A DNA stretch of 64,000 bases, taken from positions 106,082,001 to 106,146,000 of the forward strand of contig OX597816.1 of assembly GCA_951406725.2 (NCBI GenBank), given 5' to 3'. The position numbers and the translations under genes were made by a program. This document shows, piece by piece, positions 54,908 to 64,000 of the stretch (the stretch's first letter is position 1; each line of letters starts with the position of its first letter). This stretch comes from Octopus vulgaris (Eukaryota). The notes beneath the pieces were generated by a model. It was not told the origin of the DNA. It saw nothing but the letters and a program-made list of their open reading frames with translations, and did no database searches.

Positions 54908-57900
54908 TTTTGATATTTATTTCGATGCTCATGTACTTGACTCAACAGGTCTCCTCAAGCACAGCGGGATGTTCTGAAATCCAAGGTACTTTGAATGGGC
55001 AGGGGCTATGCGGAACTGGTGCAGGAAGCATCCCGGGTCTTTGCAGTCACAGCATATCTCCAGAGATCTCGGTCCTTCGCCATTGCCTCAGTGAGGCCCA
55101 ACGCTCTGAGGTCATGCTTGACTACCTCATCCCATGTCTTCCTGGGTCTACTTCTCCCCCTGATACCTTCAACTGTTTGGGAGTGGCACTTCTTCACACA
55201 TCTCTCCTCATCCATCTGCAGTACATGACCATACCATCGCAAGTGTCGCTCTTGCACACCACATCTGATGCTTCTTATTTCCAGCATTTCTCTCAGGGTG
55301 CTTACACTCTGTCGTGCATGCACACTGACATTACACATCCAGTGGATCATGCTAGCTTCATTCCTTTCAAGTCTACGCATGTCCTCTGCAGTCACAGCCC
55401 ATGTTTCACTACCATGAAGCATGGCAGTTTGCACACATGCGTCATACAATCTACCTTTCACTTTGAGCGAGAGACCCTTTGTCGCCAGTAGGGGTAGGAG
55501 CTTTCTGAACTTTGCCCAGGCTATTCGTATTCTAGTGGTGACACTCTCTAAGCATCCACCTCCACTACTAACTTGGTCACCCAGGTAGCGGAAACTATCA
55601 ACTACTTCTAGTTTCTTCCCCTGGAGTGTGATGGAATCTGTTTTCTGAGTATCTGTGGTGTCTATTGTCCCTGTGCATTTGCCGCACATGAAAGCTATCT
55701 TATCAGTTAATTTCCCTTTGATGTTGCTGCACCTCTTATGAGTCCATAGCTTACACTGGGTGCATCTTATGGATTTTCCACCTACACCTTTCCTACAGAT
55801 CGAGCAGGGCCACCTGCCCGAGGGTGTGTGTGGTGAGTACGCCTTTCTGCTTACTATAACTTTGGTCTTTGCTACATTTACTCTAAGGCCCTTTGATTCT
55901 AGCCCTTGCTTCCACACCCGAAATTTCTTTTCTAGTTCCGGTAGTGATTCTGCTATGAGAGCCAGGTCATCAGCATAGAGGAGCTCCCAGGGGCATCCTG
56001 TTTTGAATTCCTCTGTTATTGCCTGGAGGACTATGATGAATAAAAGGGGACTGAGGGCTGAGCCTTGGTGTACACCTACTTCTACCCGGAATTCTTCACT
56101 ATATTCGTTGCCAATCCTAACCTTGCTGACAGCCTCTCTGTATAGGGCCTGTACAGCCCTTATTAGCCATTTGTCAATCTCCAGTTTCCACATTGACCAC
56201 CAGATAAGGGATTGGGGGACCCTGTCGAAGGCTTTCTCCAAGTCCACAAAAGCTATGTAGAGGGGTTTATCTTTAGCTAGGTACTTCTCCTGCAGTTGTC
56301 GGACCAGGAATATAGCATCAGTGGTGCTTCTACCTGGCACAAAACCGAACTGCATCTCATTTAAGCAAATTCTCTCCCTAATGAGATGGGTTATGACCCT
56401 CTCTGTGACCTTCATCACCTGATCCAACAGTTTAATACCCCTGTAGTTATTTCTATCTAGAGCATCACCCTTACATTTGTAGCAGTTGACTATGGTGCTG
56501 CTACGCCAGTCATTGGATATGACTCCATTATGAACTACCTGGTTTACAATGCGGGTGACTAGGCCATAGCCCACATAGCCAGCTGTTTTAATCATCTCAG
56601 CAGTGATTCCTGATGGGCCGGGGGCTTTACCTGGTTTCATATCCTTAATTGCCTTAACTACAAGGGAGCTGTCTATTCGGATAGCTGGTCCCTCTACTGG
56701 GTCAACATTTGGCAGGCTCTCCTCCTCCCATTCATTCTCCACATTCAGCAGTCTTTCATAATGGCTTCTCCAAGCCTCTTTCTTTTCACCAACATTAAAA
56801 GCAAGTGCCCCATCATCCATGCAGACACATTTCTCTCCTGTAACATCACTATTTTCTCTCACACACTGTCTGGCAATCCGAAATACCTCAGCTCTTTGGT
56901 CCTCACGTCGCTGGACATTGGCAAACTTCTTCTTTTCTGCTACATCTTTGGCTATGTATACCTGCCGCCCAGCCTCCCTTTTGGCTACCTGGTACAGTTC
57001 CCTGCTACCCCCATCCCTCCAGGCTTTCCAGGCCTGTTTCTTTGCACTAATGGCTTTGTCTACTGCACTATTCCACCACCACTTAACTCTAGGTCTGGAA
57101 GGGACATTGCACCATCCACAGACTTGGTCTGTGGCACTCAGCAAGCTGTCCCGTAGGAATTCCCAGCTACCTTCTATGTTCGACATCTGAAGCTCCTCCT
57201 CCCTCTCATCAAATTTCTTGATGAGGATGTCCCTAAATCTCTGACCATGTGAAGGGTTCTTTAGCTTCCAAATCCTTCTTTTCTGGATTGGTTTGTTTCT
57301 TGGAGTCCTTCTGGCCTCAAGCTTAAAGTCACTAATGATTAGCCTATGCTGAGGGATACATTCTTCACCCGGGAGGGTCTTTGTATTTAAGAGCGACCCT
57401 GCATCCCGCTGTCTGGTGAAGATGAAGTCTATTTGGCTAGCAGCGTCTCCTGACTGATAGGTTATAAGGTGGCAGTCAGGCTTCCTGAAGTTAGTGTTGC
57501 AGATTAAAAGGTTACATGCATCACAGAATTCCAGTAGTCTAGTTCCCTCATCATTTCTGGTGCCAATACCATGGCCACCGTGTACCCCAGTGAAGATACC
57601 CGATTCCCGCCCAACATGCCCATTAAAGTCTCCACCCACAAAGATGAGGTCCTTGCCACTAGTCTTTGAGGTAGCCTGTAGAAGGGTATCATAAAAGTGG
57701 TCCTTCTGATCATTTGGTAGTCCCGCTTGTGGGACATAGGCGGAGATAATCGTAGCTGTGCCACTCTGTAGGACTAACCTGAGCTTAAGCACTCTATCGC
57801 AAATCCTGACAACCTCTATGACCTTATCCACCCATTTCTCCACAAGGAGAATGCCTACACCCCCTACACCATCCATGTTACCTTGCCGGAAGACTTTGTA

Positions 57901-57944
57901 CCTATATGCCTTGCCTGTGAGGACCCTAGCTGAAGCACCTCTAA
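54908..57944 (-). mobile_element. Young RTE-clade LINE (APE endonuclease, RT with inserted PHD finger), 5'- and 3'-truncated, in a CHMP1 intron
   Basis: About 980 uninterrupted codons: GGDFNGH, IDFI, QHRL, KAPGPSG, YRGIKLL, QFGF, FVDLEKAFD, GVHQGSALSP, YADD, FRYLG, WYGHV, RPRKTW. Confidence 0.97.
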
Positions 57945-58317
57945 ATAAAAGATATATACACACATGTAGACTTCTATTTTCCTGTCTATATTACCAACAT
58001 GTATATATGTGTATATATATATATTCATTCATGCAATGTCTGTTATATTATGCTATCCTAAGTTGGACAGGGGTATATTTTTATTTGAGGTGGTAGCATT
58101 TATCAATTTGATGTCCTTTCAATCCCCAACACCAACATGTTTTTTTTTGCCTGTTTCAAATATGATCCCAATGTTCTTTGAAAGTATAGTGACTGCAAGA
58201 ATATATTTCCTTGAAGAATGTTAAGTTGATCAAAGATATGAAAGTCAATAAAATAACTGGTAGTAATATAACAAAATACAGCAAATGAAAGAAAAAGAAA
58301 AAAATAATTCTACAAAC

Positions 58318-58464
58318 CCTTTTGGTTGTTATTGCTGTTTGTACTCTAGCTGAAACTGCATCTATCCGAGCACTCATTCTTCTGTAGTTCAAAGCCTGAT
58401 TTTTCTCTCTGATAGCATTCTCAGCATGAATTTTTGCACCTTCAGAGTTCCCTTTCTGAATAGC
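58318..58464 (-). CDS. CHMP1B: CHMP1 coding exon (AIQKGNSEGAKIHAENAIREKNQALNYRRMSARIDAVSARVQTAITTKR)
   Basis: ttacag acceptor, gtttgt donor; 147 nt, phase 0 to phase 0; closely resembles CHMP1B AIQKGNMEVARIHAENAIRQKNQA. Confidence 0.96.
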
Positions 58465-61171
58465 CTGTAAAACAGTATTGGTTAAAATTTTACTCCAGTT
58501 ATCCAATGTAAATTCTATTTTATGTGTATATGAAAGAATTCAATGTTGGTACAATAAAGCATTAAACATATACCAGTTTCTATTTAATTCAACCCATTTG
58601 ATACTAACCCATCTGAGACTACCTTTTTCTCCAATGATACAAACTTCCTGTTTTAAAGTTATCTACATTAAATTCTCTCATCAATATTTTATGTCAGTTT
58701 ATGTCCCATATATCAGCTTAATAGGTTCAATTATTTAGCAAAAATTCTACATTATTTTCAAAATTAATTAAAACAAAAACAGTGTATTTCAATAGAAATA
58801 TGATAGCAAGATGGTTAATATATCACACTCAAGTGGTTAGCTCTTTGTTCTTATCTGTTCTGCTACCCATTGAGAAGAATTACAAAATGATTTGCTCTTT
58901 GGATCAATGGTTCTCAAATGGTGTGCCACATGGAACATCTAGTTGCTACAGAGTTTTTTAAAAACATGAATTAAGTCTTTATTAAATCCATATTAATGAC
59001 TGGGCATTTCAGAAAATGTTACAAAATTATTCACAATATTTTTACACACAAGATGATTAATAAAGCAAAGCAGATAATAGTTTTCTATATGTTGTGTAAA
59101 TTCTAACAATAAAAAAATTTTGTTTAACTTTACAATAATTTTTATTTGATCTCCAGTCTGTGTGTGCCAGTGATTTTTTTTAGAACCTACAATGTGCTTC
59201 AAAAAGCACTGCTCTAAACAATACAAAAGCAATACCAGACTATAAAGTTCAAATACAGTTGACAGTACCTTATCCACCTAAACATTGACCTATCACCTAT
59301 TGTTAATGAAATCCTGTAATAACATCCTACTAAATTGATCTGCAATACATCATCATCATGTAAACTTCCATTTTACAATGCAGACATGATATGAATGGGC
59401 CTGCCATACAGTTTATTATCTCTCCTTCCTCTCCTGAACTTTTATCATCTCAGCCATGGGTCCAGAATCCTGAGATCTGACTTCGCCACCACAATCAGCT
59501 GGCAAGTAAAAATGAGCCAATCTTACTTCTGGATACTATTTTAATGGTTTTATGCAGTTATTAATGATGTGACTATTTTCAACTACAGTCAACCACCCTA
59601 ACTGACATCAGATAAACCCAAGCCAATGAAGAAGCCTTTACATGATCATTCAACTTGCTACAAAAAGTGGCCACATTTTCGAAAATTACACCCAACCATC
59701 TTTGAGATAAAAAGGAAGAACACAGAGAATGTTACTCCTAAATACAAAGTTGAGACAGTCACAGTTAGAACACCTTTAATATAAGGTATAATCTGGGTTG
59801 ACAGAGCAAAACAACTATAGGAGTTGCGACCCTTTATATCAAGAGTTATTTTATTTTATTTTATTTTATTTTATCTAGTTTCAGCTCACGAGCTGTGGCC
59901 ATACTTTATAACTTGATATAAAGTTAATTTTGCAATTTATTTTGCAATTCCAATTAAATTGGGATTGCAAAATAAATTCCAGACTGAAATATGTACTAAG
60001 ATTGAGGCGATTAACTAAAACCCTAAGAGAAAAGCTCTAAAATCAATCCAGTCTAATGACTGAAACTCATAAAAGAATCAAGAGTTATGGTTATGAAAAA
60101 AAAATTCTATATATCATCAAGATAGATATCACAACACCAAGTGTTAATTGATAAAGAAGAGGAAAGATGTAATTAATGTTTTAAGTATTCAAACTTACTA
60201 AGCATTTGGTGGTGAAGTAAAAAAAATGTGAAACACAAATGCCTCCAAAGCCCAAAGAGTGTATAATGACTTGGTGTTTAACTATAGTGTAATGATGTTC
60301 AGTTGCAAGTAATGCAAATACTTAACTATATGCACAGTCATACATGAACAAATATGTAACAGAAATTACATCCTTACTATCTAGAAAGTTATTTGAGATA
60401 CTAGAGGCTAAGACAGTGTGGTTAATAAAACCATATAATTACTCTCAGACTATTAGCCCTTAACACTTCAGCCTTCAATAGTCAGGGGAATTTACCCAGA
60501 AACAGTAGTCTTAGATCCCATCACCAGTACTAAATTGTGCCTATGGCCAAGCAAATTTTCTTCCAAATAATTGTTATTTAACAATTATTTGTTAAATATC
60601 CCCATCTCCGATCAAGCAGATCTATAATGAAAGGTATTCCAACTGTGACCATCCCAACTTCTATATCTACGACCTCATTGTTTATATCATTTTAATTAAG
60701 ATAGTAATGTTATTTAAAGGAGACTTAGCCACTATTTCTAACAGGTCGGATGACTCATTGGGTCTACCTGAATCAGCGAGAGAGAGCTATTGTACAGTCT
60801 TCAGCTGCTCAATGTAGCAGCTGGATATCTATTCACAAATTCCTTGTTTTTTAAATAAGGACCACATACTTTAATTTCTAAACTGTATGAAGACATGTCC
60901 AAAATGAGTTCAAGAGGGTTACAGCTGAAAATATCAAATTACTTCATTTAATAAAATAGCTCTTTATCATAGATCTTCACAAGTAAAGCTGGACAGAGAT
61001 AACCTACAACAATAACGCCAATATTTCATGTCCAGATTTTGAAGGTAAATAAAATTCACCAAAAGACAAACTTATCAATGAGGAAATATGTACAATTCTG
61101 TAACAATACTGCATCAGATAAAAGTCAGAGGCTTTCACTGACAAATAAACTTAATACCATTTCTTACTTAC

Positions 61172-61269
61172 TTTTTTTAACTTTAGTTTTTCTTCTTTTT
61201 CGGATTTTTCACTTTTCTTTGCTGACCTCTCCAAATTCTTGGCAGCAAATTTCAGGTTAAACAAATGCT
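61172..61269 (-). CDS. CHMP1B: CHMP1 coding exon 2 (HLFNLKFAAKNLERSAKKSEKSEKEEKLKLKK); exon 1 not found in the window
   Basis: HLFNLKFAAK as in CHMP1B; gtaagt donor; gaaag acceptor, phase 1. Confidence 0.93.
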
Positions 61270-61279
61270 CTTTCAAAAG

Positions 61280-61287
61280 GTTAAGGA
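61280..61287 (-). promoter_or_regulatory. U12-type (minor spliceosome) branch site TCCTTAAC
   Basis: Exact U12 consensus 10 nt upstream of the 3' splice junction, with no real polypyrimidine tract. Confidence 0.85.
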
Positions 61288-61469
61288 GTAATGAAGCAGA
61301 ATGTCTTCTTTTTTTTTTTTTTTTTTTCATGCATATTGTGTATGGCAAGCAAATGAATCAATCAATCAATCAACATTAAAAAATTGAAATATTGTATCAA
61401 ATGGCACTGTTACTTTTTCTTTCTGCTCAATGTTATCAGGGTTTAAAAACCAAGCCCTTTCCTAATTTA

Positions 61470-61750
61470 ATCATCATCTCCATCGTCATTTAGCATCTAC
61501 TTTCCATACTGGCACGGGTTAGATGGTTTGATTGAAACTGATGAGCTGGAGAGCGGCACCAGGTTCCAATCTGATTTGGCATGGTTTCTATGGTTGAATG
61601 CCCTTCCTAATGCCAACCACTCCAAGAGTGTAATGGGTGCTTTTTACGTACCACCGGCACAGATGTCAGTTACATGACACCAGCATCGGCTACAACTATG
61701 ATTTCACTTGGCTTCACAAGTCTTCTCAAGCACAGCATATCACCAAAGGT
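61470..61750 (-). mobile_element. Older RTE-LINE 3' end (ORF tip joined to a short 3'UTR and tail)
   Basis: Minus strand: CTTTGGTGATATGCTGTGCTTGAGAAGACT (LW.YAVLEKT), module, GGTTGGCATTAGGAAGGGCATTC, (GAT)n-like tail. Confidence 0.8.
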
Positions 61751-62926
61751 TTGTGTCACAACAAAAAGTAAATGGAAACTACCAACCATATGATCTCTCT
61801 CAACAAAATTAATCTTGTTGAACTGAGAGACCTCTTATGTGATTGCTTGACTTGCTAAAAATAGCAATCAAATCTCCATCAAATCACACCCTACAGTATT
61901 CAAAAAGGTAGAATACATTAGGTAATGTGGTCCCAGATATACTATGTGTAAAAAAGATGGTATGATCACAATTGGAATGCCTTTGATCATGGGTCTGAAC
62001 TATTAGTGTTGATCTAGAGCAAAAGAACATATTAGTCTTATGCTTAATCAAATGATATCAATATTGATTTTGATATTGTCTTGATTGATATTATTCAGTC
62101 TGAATTCAGTATCATCTTCACTATCTACATTACTGAAGTTTGGAAATCATAAACGTATTCATTGAATAAATGATTAGTGGGTGTAGAAATTCAGAATTCA
62201 TCTTATTACATGTTTCTGCTGTTTATATTCTATTCATTTTGACTTATGTTACAGTATTCTATGAATACCTCAATGCGACCTGAAAAAAAATCAAAATTCT
62301 AGGCACAACCCAGTGAGTGGTCTCAACATAGCCACTTGACTTGCTAGAAATAATGTCAAAACGGCCCTCAAATGGCATTCTACTGACACATTGGATAATG
62401 TATTCTTAGATACATTATGACTGAAACAAAAGATATTTCAGGCTTATTGTGTCTCTAGTCAGGTTGAAGCTATTACAGTTGGTTATCACTAGTCCGCTTT
62501 ACTTGTGAAGACTTTTTGTCATAAGCCTGTTCAATCAGGGCTAATATGTAGCTTAGCAATAACAATATTTTGGACAATGTTCAGACATATTACTTATCTG
62601 AGAATGTCAACAGTACATATGTTATAATAAAGGATGAAGAACCAATTCGATTCTAACAGAGATTAAAAGAGTTATCTATCTAGCATTCCTTTCTTAGTTG
62701 ATGCCTGTTGATTGAAAATCAAGTCAATTGCTTGATCATTAATGATCAGAAGTATCTATCAAAAAGTGATCAGCTCTAGTGACTAATGAATGTTAAGTAT
62801 GACCAGTGGGCTACAACTGTTTATTTTTAGCTACATCCACAGAAGGTGTTGTGCACTATAAGCCATCGAATCACTAGTCAATTTTACAATGCTGCCACCA
62901 CTTATCTTGGCTAGTTGCTTCTACTA

Positions 62927-63817
62927 CAGGGTGTCCCAAAAGTCACTGGTGGGTTTCAATTTTTAATAACTTCCTTAACTTTACAAATAAATGCATGAAA
63001 TTTTGATACAATATAAAGGGCATAATTGGAAATTAATATGCACAAGCCAAATTTTGCAACACCACTATATCACATATGACAAATGACATTGCTTAAATGG
63101 CAGCCATTTTCGATTTCGCATGCCCATGCTCTTTCCAAAACTTGCACTGTAACACCCTCAAGAGTTTCAGACCCCACTTCTCTAATTTCTCTATTGATGT
63201 TTTCCTTCAGTTGCACCAGGGTCTCCGGTTTGTTGACATAAACACTCTCTTTCAGATATCTCCATAAGAAAAAATCCAGGCTAGTCAAGTCAGGGGAATG
63301 TGAAGGCCAGTTGACATTGCCGTAGCGGGTGATTATTCTCTCTCCAAAGCACTGCCATAGCAACTGCATTGTTTCTCCTGTGGTATGAACAGTTGCCCCA
63401 TCTTGCTGGAACCATGTCTGAGGTCTACTTTGAATGGCCTTCACGTTCGCCAGACTTGGCTAGCCTGGATTTTTTTCTTCTGGAGATACCTGAAAGAGAG
63501 GGTTTACGTCAACAAACCGAAGACCCTGGTGCAACTGAAGGAGAGCATCAATAGAGAAATTAGAGAAGTGGGGTCTGAAACACTTGAGGGTGTTATGGTG
63601 CAAGTTTTGGAAAGAGCATGGGCATGCGAAATCGAAAATGGCTGCCATTTAAGCAATGTCATTTTTCATATGTGATGTAGTGGTGTTGTAAAATTTGGCT
63701 TGTGCATATTAATTTCCATTATGTCCTTTATATTGTATCAAAATTTCATGCATTTATTTGTAAAGTTAAGGAAGTTATTAAAAATTGAAACCCATCAGTG
63801 ACTTTTGGGACACCCTG
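62927..63817. mobile_element. Fold-back DD41D (rosa/Visitor-type) mariner derivative made of two inverted 3' ends
   Basis: TA-CAGGGTGTCCCAAAAGTCACTG...CAGTGACTTTTGGGACACCCTG-TA; QQDG to LDFF spacing is 41 aa; arms 62927-63309 and 63435-63817. Confidence 0.93.
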
Positions 63818-64000
63818 TAAATAGTACTTATTTACAACTAAATGAACTGAGCCATTTGACATTTTTTTGGTCACATTTATAATACAATGCTAGTGAGAGG
63901 ATATTAACATTAATGCCATTATTAAAATTATTATTGAACTTTACTGAATGGTTTTAGCCAGCATAGACTCGAATTTGGGTTTTAATTCCAAATTTATACT

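Noticed and set aside
57945-57963. MCIYLLF as the true start of the LINE ORF
   Set aside because: It is flanking intron sequence that happens to be in frame; the N-terminal endonuclease motifs are missing.
61499-61507. ATGGAAA-gt as CHMP1 exon 1
   Set aside because: It lies in a LINE 3'-end hairpin, and the donor matches neither U12 nor a strong U2 consensus.
63897-63904. ATATCCTC as the U12 donor of CHMP1 intron 1
   Set aside because: The match is imperfect, it would need a rare AT-AG intron, and the peptide MALML does not resemble the CHMP1 N-terminus.

Overview
AT-rich, microsatellite- and repeat-dense eukaryotic DNA; the repeat landscape strongly suggests a coleoid cephalopod (Octopus-like; inference). 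The one confidently identified gene is an intron-containing CHMP1 (CHMP1B-like ESCRT-III subunit) on the minus strand, with six coding exons between 49230 and 61269. Its first exon appears to lie beyond the window, and its first intron carries a U12-type branch site. The rest is mostly transposons: three Penelope-like (GIY-YIG) remnants with hammerhead-like motifs, Tc1, mariner and DD41D elements (one a fold-back made of two 3' ends), piggyBac-like and 8-bp-TSD MITEs, a CsRn1-like Gypsy relic, Hero, CR1 and RTE/RTEX fragments, and tRNA-derived SINEs. The most unusual system is an RTE-clade LINE family with two odd traits. First, a C4HC3 PHD finger is inserted inside the reverse-transcriptase domain (intact at 55675-55806, decayed at about 25.6 kb). 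Second, its 3' UTR carries a variable-copy tandem array of ~60-nt modules, each a predicted H-type pseudoknot plus hairpin, followed by a covarying terminal stem-loop and a (GAT)n tail; about ten truncated copies are present. A CpG-retaining block at about 40-45 kb may hold the signal-peptide exon of a second, unidentified minus-strand gene.
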